Positions 31,001 through 40,368 are shown, counted from the stretch's first letter. The stretch: 41,657 bases of DNA from Myxococcales bacterium (GCA_045863395.1 BTVJ01000062.1:1-41657); one strand, 5' to 3'. Numbers and translations: made by a program. Notes: generated by a model from the letters alone, not told the origin.

Positions 31001-34000
31001 CCACGGTCGACGGCGGGGCCTTCACGGGTGCGGTGACCCTGCCGGGCCTGGGCGAGCACGTGATCACGGCGACCGCGACCGACGGCTGCGGCCTCACGGG
31101 GGCAAGCGACGTCACGCTGACCCTGCTCCCGGTGCTGGTGCCGACCATCGAGGTGATCGCCTCCACGGCCAACGGCCCCCAGGGCGAGGGCGAGGGCACA
31201 ATCACCCTCGGGGCGAGCGACGAGCCGGCCGCGTGGCTCGCGACGCAGGGCTACCAGATGGACTTCGTCATCCTGACCGAGGACGTCGCAGAGGGCACGC
31301 CGATCACCCTGCTCGTGGGCGGCGCGGAGGTCCAGGCGCCTACGGGCCCCGGCGGCGTCACGGTGTTCGCCGGGATCAACCTGACCAAGGGCACCCAGGC
31401 CGTTGGCGCGTCCGTGACGGTCGGTGGGCAGAGCGCCACGTCGGCCAAGATCGTGATCCTCGACATCCCCGCCTGTGATGTGACCATCGAGCCCGCGACG
31501 CCTGCGTGCCTCACGGAGGACGCCTCCGGCGATGCGGGCTTCCAGGCGGCCTTCACGGTGCGTAACCCGGACGGGCAGTGCGACGTGGCGGGCCTGGTCG
31601 TGACGCGCACCGACGGGACGACGGCGACCCTGACGGCCCCCCTGGTCGGCGGTCAAGCCGCTTTCGTGGCGACGCTTGCCCTCGGGGCCGCGGACGGCGA
31701 GACCGCCAAGGTCGCGGCCTCGGTGGACAGCACCCTCGACGGGGGCCTCTATGCCCAGACCGGCGAGGTCGCGTTCGCCGTGGATGCAACGCCTCCCGAG
31801 GTCGCGATCACGACCCCGGCCAGCGACACGGCCTCCACCACCGACGACCTGGACGGCATCGCCGCCAACGGGGTCCAGCTAACCATCGGAGGGACGTCCA
31901 CAGGGGCGACCACCGTCGAGCTGTTCCTCGGTGGGGCCTCCCAGGGGGCTCAGACCCCGTCGGTGAGCGGCGCGTGGTCCTACGAGGTGACCTTCACGGG
32001 AGCCGGGACCTTCGCGCTCGCCGTGCAGGCGAGCGACGGCTGCGGGCTCGAATCGTCGGCGCAGAGGTCGCTGACCATCGCGGCGCCGCCCGTCGAGGTG
32101 GCGGTGCTGTCGCCGCTGGGCGCCTCAACCCTGTTTGCCAAGGGCGACGGTGACCCGGGCACGGCCCTCGTCTACGAGAGCACCTTCACGGCTTCGGTGA
32201 GCCTGCCAACGGAGGGCGGCGTCCTTCAGATCCAGTGCACGAGCGCCGATGCGCCCGGCCTCTACGTGACGGTGGGCAGCGTCACGCTGACCCAGACCGA
32301 CATCGACAGCGCCGTCGCCAGCGCGTTCGACGTGCCCGTCGGCATCGACGTCGGGTCCATCGGCACTGCGAACACTCTGTGCCGCGCCACCTACGAGCTT
32401 GGCGACCTGTGGCAGAGCGATCCTGTGCTGATCATCGTGGCGCTCCCCGCGCCCAGCTTGGTGATCGCCGCGCCGGTGGCCGGCTGGGCGACCAGCTCAC
32501 TCGCAGTCCCCGCGTCGCTGTTCGCGCAGCACCTGGACGGGGTCACGCCCGTCGTCGTCCTCGCCGACAGCGACGGGACACCGGTGGGAGACCCGATCAC
32601 CCCGGACCCCATCGACGGCGGGGCGCTGGCCTTTGAGGTCTCCCTGACGCAGGGCGGCGCGCCTCTGCCCGACGGCGCCTACACCCTGTTCGTGGACGCG
32701 ACCGACGCCTTCGGGAACCTGGCTTCCGAGCAGGCCGGCGCCGTGACGGAGGTGACCTTCACCCTGGACACGGCGGCCCCGAGCGTGACCATCACGGCGC
32801 CGAAGCCGCTCCTCCAGCCCCAGATCGTCGCGGAGGACGCGGACGAGGACGAGGCCAAGCCGGGCTATCAGACCACCGTGACGGTGACGGTGGGCGCGAG
32901 CGAGCCGATGGAAACCATCGAGGTGTGCCTGACCGTGGGCGCCGCCGCACCCGCCTGCCAGACGCCCACCGCCGGGTCCAGCGAGGTCAGCTTCTCTGGC
33001 GTGACCCTGGTGCCTGGGGCCAACGAGCTCTCCGTCTCCGCCGCCGACCCCCTTGGGAACGTCGGGACGGCAGAGCAGACGACGACCCTGGAGCTGGACG
33101 CACCCGTGGTCGTCATCACGAGCCCGGCGGACGGTGTCTTCGTGACGGTCGAGGCCATCGACGTAGTGGTGACGGTCGCGGACGGCGACGGCACGCCGAT
33201 CCCGGGGGCCGACGTGGAGCTGCTCATCGGCGGAGTGTCGTCGGGCGTCGCCGGCACGGAGGATCCGGCGGGCACCTGGACCTTCGCTGCCGCTCCCCTG
33301 GCCGCGGGTCCCAACGAGCTCCAGGTGACCGCCACCGCAGCGGGCGTGTCCGGGGCCAGCGCTTCGATCACCGTCAACCGCAAGACGACGCTCCCGTCCA
33401 TCGGCATCACCCTGCCGACGGACCTTCAGACCCTGAACCTGGCGTCCACCGTGTGCCAGACCGGCGTCACGCCCTGCATCCTGGACGTCCAGGCGCTCGT
33501 GGAGAACGTCGCCGATGGCGTCGAGACCACCCTGACCGTCGACTGTGGCGCCCCGGACACGTTCGTGAGCGTGGTGGCGAGCGGGACGAGCACCTGGGCG
33601 GGCATCGTCCTCCCCCACCAGTCCACGTGCTCGCTCAAGGCCAGCGTCGTGGACCTGGCGGGGCAGCCTGCGGAGAGCGCCTGGATCACCGTCTCCGTGG
33701 ATCGGGTGGCGCCGGTGCTCCTGTCCTTCCCGAAGCCGACCGGCGACGTGATCCAGCCCACGGCGGACGAGGAGGTGCTGGTCCCCGGCGTGCAGAAGAA
33801 GGTCCAGGTCAACGTCCGCGGCGTGGAGCAGGGCCGGGTCATCCAGGTCCGCGTGTACCCCGAGGGCACCGACCCGAGCACCGTGGCCCCGACGCTCTTC
33901 GGGGCCGCGCAGACCGCCGTGTCGGACACGGGGACCCTCACCGTGGAGGTGGGGACCCTCAGCATCACCACCAACGGCTTCTGGGTCCTTCAGGCGGATG

Positions 34001-37000
34001 TGATGGACGCGGCGGGCAACCCGGCTGCGTCGCTGTTGCGAACCATCTACTTCAACGTGACGGCGCCGGTCGTCAGCATCGTGAGCCCGACCAACGTGGA
34101 GCCGGTGGCTTGCACGGTGAACGCCAACTGCGGCCCGGCGGGGATCTGCAACGACGGCAAGTGCGCCGTCCCCTGGGGCATGAACGCGACGCGCTCGGTG
34201 CTCCTGCAGCTCACAGGGATCGCGTTCGGCACCGACAACCTCCGGCTGTGCACGAACAACCCAGGAAACGGCGGCTCCCCCTGCGCGACGGCAGGCTTCA
34301 CGGTGGCGAAGATCGGCAACGCGACCAGCAACTCGGTCTCACTGGACGCCTCGGCGCTCGGCGATGGTCTGCACCGCATCATCGCGGAGGCAGAGACCTT
34401 CCCGGGCGACGGAGACTGGGCCTCGTCGCTGGTGACGGCGGGAGCGGGCCTGAAGGAGCGAACAATCTTCATCGACACCGTGGCGCCCGTGGTCACGCAG
34501 ATCACCAGCACCTCCGACACGCTGCCCCCGGCGTTCGTGCTCAACCAGGCCGAGCAGGTCTCCCCGAGCACCTTCGCCTTCGCGGTCACGGCTACGGACA
34601 ACGGCCTCCCAGCGAAGGGCACGCTGGAGGTGTACGCCAATGCCGGGTTCAAGGTGAACCTCCCCATCACGGCGGGAACCGCGTCCGGCAATGTCAACTT
34701 CACGGCCGACGGCGTGAAGAAGATGCAGGCGGTGGTCCGTGACACGGTCGGCAACACCAGCCTCCCCATCGCGAACGCCGCCGCATACTCCGTCAACTAC
34801 ACGGTGAAGGTGGCCCCGCTGACGCTCACGTTCCTCGCGCCGACCAAGTCGCCGCTGCTGGCTGGCGACTCCCGCGCCGTGTCACTGAGCAGCAACCAGA
34901 CCTCAGGGACGGTCGCGATCCTCGACGGCGGGGTCGAGGTGGCCTCCAAGGCGATCGGGGCGGACGGGACCGTCCTGTTCGACCACGCCACCTACGGCAT
35001 CCTCTCGGACGGGGCCCACGAGCTGACGGCCGTCCTCACCGACACGGCCAACAACACAGCTCAGGCGGCGACCGAGCCGGCGGTCATCACGGTCGATACG
35101 GAGCCGCCGACGGTGGCGCTGGCCGCACCAGTGACAGGAGCCCTGACCGACGCCGACGACGCCGCGCCGACCACGGGCGGGTTCCAGGTGGCCGTGGAAT
35201 TTGCCACGGGCGAGGCGTCGTCGTGGAAGATCCTGCTCCAGAGCGGGTGCACGGCGGCCTTCACCGGCTGCGGCGCCGCAGTGACGGTTGCCTCTGGCGC
35301 CATCTCCAACCCGGGCGGGTCGGAGCCGGTCAAGGTGATCACGCTGCCGATCACTGCGGGGGACACCTGGCACAAGGTGACCGTCGAGGTGAGCGACGCG
35401 GTCGGCAACAAGGCGACGGCGACCGCGGACGTTCAAGTGACGCTCGCCGCCTGCGTGGTGAGCTTCACGAACCTCCCGCTGGACGGCACCTACAACGGCG
35501 ACGACTGCGCGGCACCGGGGTGCACGAGCATCGATGTGAACCTTGGCGTGCAGTTCCTGGGCCCCTGCAACGGGGTAGACACCCTGACGCTCTACAAGGA
35601 TGGGGTGCCCGTGGGCCAGGCGACGGACCTCGCCACCCAGGAGGCGACCTTCCCCCTCACTCTCAGCGATGGTGAGGTGTTCACCATCTGGGCGGAGCTG
35701 ACCTCGGGTGGGGGCCTGGTCGCTGAGACCGGCAACTTCGATGTCGTGGTGGACCTGATTGATCCGGAGGTGGCCTTCACGGCCGCGACGGTCCTGGGCT
35801 TCCAGACGCCGGCGACCGGCGCCTCGATCCAATGGGGCCTGGCGGCCGACCAGACGCCAGGCTCCACGTCCACCCTCGAGGTGCACATGCGGGTGACCGT
35901 CACGGGCGGTGCCTCTGGGCAGATCGTCGCGCTCACGGCCACCGGCCCTGGCGGGACGACCGCGCTTGCGGCGGGTGAGACCCCCGTTGCGGTGACGGGC
36001 ACCCCGTTCGTCCACGACTTCAAGTTCGTCTCCATCCCCGACCAGGGGGTCTACACGGTGGTCGTGACCGTGGCGGACGGGGCAGGCAACCAGGCGTCGT
36101 CGTCGTTCCAGGCGACGGTGGACATCTCCCCGCCCGAGGAGGTGATCATCGAGCCCATCGATGCGCTGCTCGACGTGGTGCCGCGCCTGCCCGCGGTGAC
36201 CCTGAAGTGGCAGCCGCCGTCGTCCAACACTGGTGTCCCGGGCGGGCCGGCCAGTTCCTACGAGATCCGGTACTCCTCCGAACCCATCGCCACGGACGCG
36301 GATTGGGCCGACGCGTGCCCCGTCGCGGCGCTTCCCTTCGTCGCCCCGACCCCTGCGCCGGGCGACCCCGACGGCGCCGCATTGGATACCTACGTGGTGA
36401 GGGGTCCCGACCCCCGCTCCATCAACACCAACGCCGCGTGCAAGTTCGCGGTGCAGCCCGACGCAAAGGGTTGGTACTTCGCGATCCGCGCTACGGACGC
36501 GGTGGGCAACCAGTCCCCGGTGACGGGGACCGGCGCCGCCTTCACGGACGCCGCGAGCCTGAGCTACGCGAAGATCACCCACACCGTGGCCGCGCCCATG
36601 GGCAACGAGGTGCGCCTGGAGGACAAGGTCTGGGCCATCGGCGACATCAACGACGACGGCTACGACGACCTGGCGGTCGGCGGCCAGGACATGAGCGGCT
36701 TCTGCATCGTCTACGGGCACGACAACGGGGGCGACCCCCTGGCGGACGTGGCGCTCGCGGCGACCAGCGGCACGAACTACCAGTGCATCTTCGACGCAAC
36801 GCCAACGGCCCTCGGCTTCCCCATCGCGCGGGGTGGCGACATGAACGGCGACGGGCTCCCAGACCTGATCGCGGGCGCGGGCATCAAGCTCGGCGCCAAC
36901 CTCTACCCCGAGGAGGTGCGGGTGTACCTGGGCGTCACGGGAGGAGGTCAGATCGACCCAGTGCCCGTCCTGACGGTCAAGGGCACCACCAACAACGCGA

Positions 37001-38013
37001 TCTTCGGCCTCAAGAACATCGCCTCGGCGGGCAACTTCAACGGGGACGTCCACAGCACCACAGGACTACCCATCGAAGATCTGATCATTCCGAGCGGCAT
37101 CGGCAACAAGGTCTTCATCGTGCCCGGCAGCGAGGCCTTCGTGCCCGGATCATCGACGACAATCAACGTGACCAGCGCGACCGACCGCGCGGCGTGGGAC
37201 GTGGTGACAGTGACCGTGAGCGGCGCCCAGGGGAACTCCTACTTCGGTTGGTGCGTCGAGGGCGCGGGCAACATCCTGACGGATGTGGGCTCGTCCCAGT
37301 ACGACGACGTGCTCATCGCCATGGCCAAGGATCCAGCCCAGGTCATCCTGCTGAAGGGGCGCCCGGTGAGCGGAGACACGGTGATCCCCCTGTCCAACTC
37401 CAACAGCGGCGCACAGGCGGGCGACGCGACCGCCGTGCGCCTGTTGCCCGAGCTGGGCGTCGGCACCAACTCCTTCGGTGCGGACCTGGGCGTCCGCCGC
37501 GACCTGGACGGAAAGGGGACGCCGGACATCGTCATCAACCACCAGTACGCGAGCGCGACCGTCGGGCGCATCTACACGTTCTTCGGCGAGAAGCTGACCG
37601 GCAAGGAGGGCCTGTCCGTCTCCGTGCAGCCGTCTGGCCCTGCGACGGTGGATGGCGCGCAGGCGGGCCTCAACGGCGTCATGTACCAGAAGCAGCAGCA
37701 CTACGCCTGGCCGCTCGGCGACTTCGACGGCTCGCTCTTCGGAGAGCAGAGCACGGTGGACCTGGCGTACAGCGTCTACAGCTTCTCGTCCTACGGAAAG
37801 GTGACCATCCGCCTCAACCACGCGAGCGGCGCCCCCGGCATGGTGGAGGGGCTGCTGCCCTTCGAGGACGTCGTCATTCGCGACCCCTACACCGAGCCCC
37901 CGTCCGACAAGTTCGGCATCACATGGGCGCCCATCGGTGACTTCAACGGAGACGGCCTGCCGGACCTGCTGGTCGGGACCAACGGCATGGGCTGGGCAGT
38001 CCTGGTGTACTGA
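28030..38013 (+). CDS. Giant (3327 aa) surface lipoprotein/adhesin: Ig-like repeats, FN3-like domain, C-terminal FG-GAP beta-propeller
   Basis: GGAGGAGG RBS, ATG 28030, lipobox VAGC; many 'D..GN' and 'DT.AP.V.I..P' Big-like motifs; FN3-like 'LKWQPP..SYEIRYS..WYFAIRATD..GNQS'; FG-GAP 'GDINDDGYDDLAVG', 'GDMNGDGLPDL', 'GDFNGDGLPDLLVG'. Confidence 0.85.
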   Translation: MMLRGWSITWALVLALSVAGCPDDDVTGGGGDVDAEADAEGDVPDGTSDDGGGGDDIHADSGPGTDTGSSASIELVALTAVGVRGLGVDQFALTQFDEPAAYVESAGYQMDLQARALGLPKATPVTLTIDGVDKGTASLDANVTNFPEVTLTPGVHQIKVRASLGGQLIEDGNTVTVGVGPCDVTVSPGPAACLLTDVDPATAGLQVTFTVANPNKRCTLAYLQINGPSGTAQTAPVALDGDGVATITASLTTDDVPVNTAPVEVTAVVTWPGVDELTSAKVSTYKIDTQAPAPTITTPFKPILTAADDEGDPATPGISITVKGDVAGLSAEELDSLTLTVNGELRGTTSPSTNGKFQFKNVQFDASGDYTLRVVGVDTCGLTGSTEQGVTVDLGAVPPAPAVDLVAVTAQGVKGAGAATIPLVAADEPAAWAAAAGFQMDFEALTTNVPAGTTVTANVGGAVLQAQTDGAGAARFEGVNLTKGDTTISVGLTTGGQTAQVTKVVSLDIAACDVLVEPAGGCLTDDASPAPGLQATILVKNPDGLCDTATLTVQTDTGSTELTATLTAGQASFLVTIAAAGVDDVTLTATAKVESGGDPSLTAQTNAISFLGDALPPAITITEPASATVSTTADADGDPSNGLQLDLAGTVAGNHALDGLAPLAVSVDGVAQGSAAQTGGLWTAQITVAGSGTYEVAVSTADTCGLAASATLNLTVVDVPAPAVDLVAATANGPVGEGVDSIALDATDEPVTYQSTPGFQMDFSILTTNVPEGVVVTLSVGGATFEAAVDENGVALVGGVVLSKGAQVVSVTVSVGGQTAMVEKTITLDVPACDIVLEPSVASCLTDDASANPGFQAIFTVSNPDGQCDVAALVVTDTDGAKVTLGAALVDGQATFVATLAAGGADGETALVAAAVDSTTDPELAAQTNEVAFPVDTTAPVIAIIEPVGDLTTAADLDGDPSNGVQVTVSGTVSSATAVTLTVDGAPQGAATVDGGAFTGAVTLPGLGEHVITATATDGCGLTGASDVTLTLLPVLVPTIEVIASTANGPQGEGEGTITLGASDEPAAWLATQGYQMDFVILTEDVAEGTPITLLVGGAEVQAPTGPGGVTVFAGINLTKGTQAVGASVTVGGQSATSAKIVILDIPACDVTIEPATPACLTEDASGDAGFQAAFTVRNPDGQCDVAGLVVTRTDGTTATLTAPLVGGQAAFVATLALGAADGETAKVAASVDSTLDGGLYAQTGEVAFAVDATPPEVAITTPASDTASTTDDLDGIAANGVQLTIGGTSTGATTVELFLGGASQGAQTPSVSGAWSYEVTFTGAGTFALAVQASDGCGLESSAQRSLTIAAPPVEVAVLSPLGASTLFAKGDGDPGTALVYESTFTASVSLPTEGGVLQIQCTSADAPGLYVTVGSVTLTQTDIDSAVASAFDVPVGIDVGSIGTANTLCRATYELGDLWQSDPVLIIVALPAPSLVIAAPVAGWATSSLAVPASLFAQHLDGVTPVVVLADSDGTPVGDPITPDPIDGGALAFEVSLTQGGAPLPDGAYTLFVDATDAFGNLASEQAGAVTEVTFTLDTAAPSVTITAPKPLLQPQIVAEDADEDEAKPGYQTTVTVTVGASEPMETIEVCLTVGAAAPACQTPTAGSSEVSFSGVTLVPGANELSVSAADPLGNVGTAEQTTTLELDAPVVVITSPADGVFVTVEAIDVVVTVADGDGTPIPGADVELLIGGVSSGVAGTEDPAGTWTFAAAPLAAGPNELQVTATAAGVSGASASITVNRKTTLPSIGITLPTDLQTLNLASTVCQTGVTPCILDVQALVENVADGVETTLTVDCGAPDTFVSVVASGTSTWAGIVLPHQSTCSLKASVVDLAGQPAESAWITVSVDRVAPVLLSFPKPTGDVIQPTADEEVLVPGVQKKVQVNVRGVEQGRVIQVRVYPEGTDPSTVAPTLFGAAQTAVSDTGTLTVEVGTLSITTNGFWVLQADVMDAAGNPAASLLRTIYFNVTAPVVSIVSPTNVEPVACTVNANCGPAGICNDGKCAVPWGMNATRSVLLQLTGIAFGTDNLRLCTNNPGNGGSPCATAGFTVAKIGNATSNSVSLDASALGDGLHRIIAEAETFPGDGDWASSLVTAGAGLKERTIFIDTVAPVVTQITSTSDTLPPAFVLNQAEQVSPSTFAFAVTATDNGLPAKGTLEVYANAGFKVNLPITAGTASGNVNFTADGVKKMQAVVRDTVGNTSLPIANAAAYSVNYTVKVAPLTLTFLAPTKSPLLAGDSRAVSLSSNQTSGTVAILDGGVEVASKAIGADGTVLFDHATYGILSDGAHELTAVLTDTANNTAQAATEPAVITVDTEPPTVALAAPVTGALTDADDAAPTTGGFQVAVEFATGEASSWKILLQSGCTAAFTGCGAAVTVASGAISNPGGSEPVKVITLPITAGDTWHKVTVEVSDAVGNKATATADVQVTLAACVVSFTNLPLDGTYNGDDCAAPGCTSIDVNLGVQFLGPCNGVDTLTLYKDGVPVGQATDLATQEATFPLTLSDGEVFTIWAELTSGGGLVAETGNFDVVVDLIDPEVAFTAATVLGFQTPATGASIQWGLAADQTPGSTSTLEVHMRVTVTGGASGQIVALTATGPGGTTALAAGETPVAVTGTPFVHDFKFVSIPDQGVYTVVVTVADGAGNQASSSFQATVDISPPEEVIIEPIDALLDVVPRLPAVTLKWQPPSSNTGVPGGPASSYEIRYSSEPIATDADWADACPVAALPFVAPTPAPGDPDGAALDTYVVRGPDPRSINTNAACKFAVQPDAKGWYFAIRATDAVGNQSPVTGTGAAFTDAASLSYAKITHTVAAPMGNEVRLEDKVWAIGDINDDGYDDLAVGGQDMSGFCIVYGHDNGGDPLADVALAATSGTNYQCIFDATPTALGFPIARGGDMNGDGLPDLIAGAGIKLGANLYPEEVRVYLGVTGGGQIDPVPVLTVKGTTNNAIFGLKNIASAGNFNGDVHSTTGLPIEDLIIPSGIGNKVFIVPGSEAFVPGSSTTINVTSATDRAAWDVVTVTVSGAQGNSYFGWCVEGAGNILTDVGSSQYDDVLIAMAKDPAQVILLKGRPVSGDTVIPLSNSNSGAQAGDATAVRLLPELGVGTNSFGADLGVRRDLDGKGTPDIVINHQYASATVGRIYTFFGEKLTGKEGLSVSVQPSGPATVDGAQAGLNGVMYQKQQHYAWPLGDFDGSLFGEQSTVDLAYSVYSFSSYGKVTIRLNHASGAPGMVEGLLPFEDVVIRDPYTEPPSDKFGITWAPIGDFNGDGLPDLLVGTNGMGWAVLVY
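28243..32090 (+). repeat. Four ~320-aa tandem modules inside the giant protein
   Basis: Units start near 28243, 29230, 30193 and 31141, each with 'DEP....G(Y/F)QMD', 'CD(V/I)', 'CL', 'G(L/F)Q', 'NP...C' and 'D.CGL'. Confidence 0.8.
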
Positions 38014-38042
38014 CGCGCCGAGGCGCGAGGAGCAGAGAGAGC

Positions 38043-38207
38043 ATGGAGCAGGAGCAGACCAGGCAGGACGACGGGAGCGAGCGGGAGGCCGACGACCGCC
38101 TCCCGTACACGACGCCACGCATCGAGTCGTCCGATGCCTTTGAGTCCTTCACACTCAACTCGTGCGGGCTCATCCCGGGCGGCTGCATGGACGGCACCAA
38201 CCCCTGA
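38043..38207 (+). CDS. Putative RiPP precursor peptide, 54 aa (MEQEQTRQDDGSEREADDRLPYTTPRIESSDAFESFTLNSCGLIPGGCMDGTNP)
   Basis: Translated by hand, below the ORF-track cutoff; GAGGAG RBS about 10 nt upstream; acidic leader with PYxxPxI motif; Cys/Gly tail; fills the gap directly upstream of kinase, radical SAM and peptidase genes. Confidence 0.8.
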   Translation: MEQEQTRQDDGSEREADDRLPYTTPRIESSDAFESFTLNSCGLIPGGCMDGTNP

Positions 38208-38239
38208 CCGGGTGCGTGTTCGGGCCCGAGACGACACCC

Positions 38240-39079
38240 ATGGACCGAGCGCGACGCGTGCTGGACCTGGGCCCGCTGCATGCGGAGGTTCTCGCTCCAC
38301 CGGCGCTCGTGGCGGCGCTCGCGAGGTACGCGGCAGCACCACCAGGCGGCGGGTCCCCGATGCGCGTGGAGCTGCTCGATCCGAGGGCCGGCGATGGCCA
38401 TGTGCCGCCCCCTCTCCCTTGCACGCCGGCGCCGGACGACCCCGCGACGCTGGTCGTCGACAGCCCGTGGTTCCGAGGTCACGTACGCAGGGGCGCCGAT
38501 CCTCTGACGCCCCCCTGGTCGGCATCCATGCAGCCCCTGGATCCCGAGGTGCCGCCGACGGGGCTCGAGCGGCGCGTGTTCGCCATGCTTCGGATGCTGA
38601 CGTGCATGAACGTGACCGCGCGAGGGGGCGTCGCGCTGCACGGCGCGACGGTTGAGCGCGACGGGCGGGCTATCGTCTTCGTCGGGCGGCGACGCGCGGG
38701 CAAGACCACGTTGGTGAGGAGGCTGCCGGAGGGGATGCGTTCGCTGGGCGACGACCTGGCCCTCCTGCTGCCGACCGGCGACGGCTTCGTTGCCCACGGG
38801 AGCCCGTTCACAGGACGGGAGCGTACGGCGGCCGAGCTTGGAGCGGCGCCTCTCCATCGAGTGTGCGTCATCGAGCAGGGGGAGCGCACCATCGCCACGC
38901 CCCTCGGCGCACGGGACGCGACGCGAGAGCTGCTGAGGCGGGCGTTCCTTCACGTGGACGCGCCGAGCGAGCGGCAACGGGTGGTGGACGCCACGCTACG
39001 CCTTGTGGCAAGAGTACCCGTGCTGCGAGTCACCATACACCTGGAGACGTCCCCGTGGACGCTGGAGGCCTTGTCATGA
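38240..39079 (+). CDS. HPr-kinase/PEPCK-like P-loop protein (ScmC/HprK-related)
   Basis: 'LHGATV', Walker A 'GRRRAGKTT', 'LGDD', 'HGSPFTG'; stop overlaps the radical SAM start. Confidence 0.75.
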   Translation: MDRARRVLDLGPLHAEVLAPPALVAALARYAAAPPGGGSPMRVELLDPRAGDGHVPPPLPCTPAPDDPATLVVDSPWFRGHVRRGADPLTPPWSASMQPLDPEVPPTGLERRVFAMLRMLTCMNVTARGGVALHGATVERDGRAIVFVGRRRAGKTTLVRRLPEGMRSLGDDLALLLPTGDGFVAHGSPFTGRERTAAELGAAPLHRVCVIEQGERTIATPLGARDATRELLRRAFLHVDAPSERQRVVDATLRLVARVPVLRVTIHLETSPWTLEALS

Positions 39080-40368
39080 GCCGGGTCTACGACATGGAGG
39101 ACAAGCTCCGCGCGCTGTACGTCAAAGACCATCGCCTGCTGAGCCTGCACATCGACCTTGCGCTCAAGTGCGACCTCGACTGCTGCCACTGCTACCTGGA
39201 CGACAAGCGGACGCGCGAGATGTCCACCGCCCAGGTGGTCACGCTCTTCGACCAGGCGAAGCGCATGGGCGTGCTGAAGCTCGCGCTGGGGGGCGGCGAG
39301 CTCTTCTTGCGCCGCGACGTGCCGGAGCTGCTCGAGGAGGCCCGCAGGCGGCGCTTCGCCATCGTGCTCAAGACCCATGGCGGCACCGTGTCCGACCGCA
39401 TCGCCGATGCGGTCCGCGACGCGGGCGTGGTGCGGGTCGACGTGAGCGTCTACGCGCTGGACTCGAGCATCCATGACGCGATTACCCGGCGCGAGGGCTC
39501 CCTGTCGCGGACGCTTCGCGGCATCGAGCGCCTGACCGAGCGGGGAGTGCGCGTGCGGGTCAACTGCTCGGTGATGCACAGGAACCGCAACCACTACAAG
39601 GACCTGTACCGGGAGATGGTCCGTCGCGGCGTCGAGTGCCAGCTCGACGGGTCCATCCACGGCACCCACGGCGGGACCATGGAGACCGCGGCCCTCAACC
39701 TGACGGTCGCGGAGAAGGCGGACCTCGAGCGCTTCAAGCACGACGAGATGAAGGACAGCCCGAGCCTTGGCGGGGCGGATCCCGACTTCCACATCTGCTG
39801 GGCGGGGAAGATCAGCGGCCACGTGGCCCCCGACGGATCCCTCACGCCCTGCGTAGCGTGGCCCATGCCCGTCGGCAACGTGCTCGACACGCCGCTGGAT
39901 CTGCTATGGAAACACGCGCCACTGCTGCAGGAGATTCGAGGGGTGCGGCGCAAGGACCGCGGCTGCGGCGGGTGCAGCTTCGAGCACCAGTGCAACTTCT
40001 GCCCAGGCAAGGCCTACGTGGAGAACCGCGGCGAGTGGCTGGCGCCCGCGCCGCTCCAGTGCGCCGACACCACGGGCAAGGTGTGGGGGATCCTCGCGTT
40101 CAACGCCTCGCAGGTGCACCCCGAGCGGCGGGTGGAGTTCCCCATCCTCAAGCCGGGCGCCCTCCACGCGGGGCCGGCGCGCGCAAAGGGGCAGCCCCGG
40201 CCCAAGCTCACGCCGGAGATGGTCGAGCGCGTCCCGCGTGAACAGACCGGGCGCCCACGGTCGAGGCTCTTCCGCATCCTGAGTGACACCGAGGTGCAGG
40301 GCGCCCGCGGCGACGGGTCCGCGGGGACCATGGAGCACGTGGCGCCGGTGCCTCGGGCGGCCGGATGA
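39076..40368 (+). CDS. Radical SAM/SPASM peptide maturase
   Basis: CxxxCxxC 'CDLDCCHC', GGE motif 'GGGEL', SPASM 'CWAG...DGSLTPC...GNV...CGGC....CNFCPG...C'; ATG 39076 in an ATGA overlap. Confidence 0.9.
   Translation: MSRVYDMEDKLRALYVKDHRLLSLHIDLALKCDLDCCHCYLDDKRTREMSTAQVVTLFDQAKRMGVLKLALGGGELFLRRDVPELLEEARRRRFAIVLKTHGGTVSDRIADAVRDAGVVRVDVSVYALDSSIHDAITRREGSLSRTLRGIERLTERGVRVRVNCSVMHRNRNHYKDLYREMVRRGVECQLDGSIHGTHGGTMETAALNLTVAEKADLERFKHDEMKDSPSLGGADPDFHICWAGKISGHVAPDGSLTPCVAWPMPVGNVLDTPLDLLWKHAPLLQEIRGVRRKDRGCGGCSFEHQCNFCPGKAYVENRGEWLAPAPLQCADTTGKVWGILAFNASQVHPERRVEFPILKPGALHAGPARAKGQPRPKLTPEMVERVPREQTGRPRSRLFRILSDTEVQGARGDGSAGTMEHVAPVPRAAG

Noticed and set aside
39076..40368. PqqE, MftC, NirJ or AhbC/D cofactor-biosynthesis assignment
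   Set aside because: No pqq, mft or heme-biosynthesis neighbours; the peptide lacks the PqqA ExxxY and mycofactocin IDGxCGVY motifs
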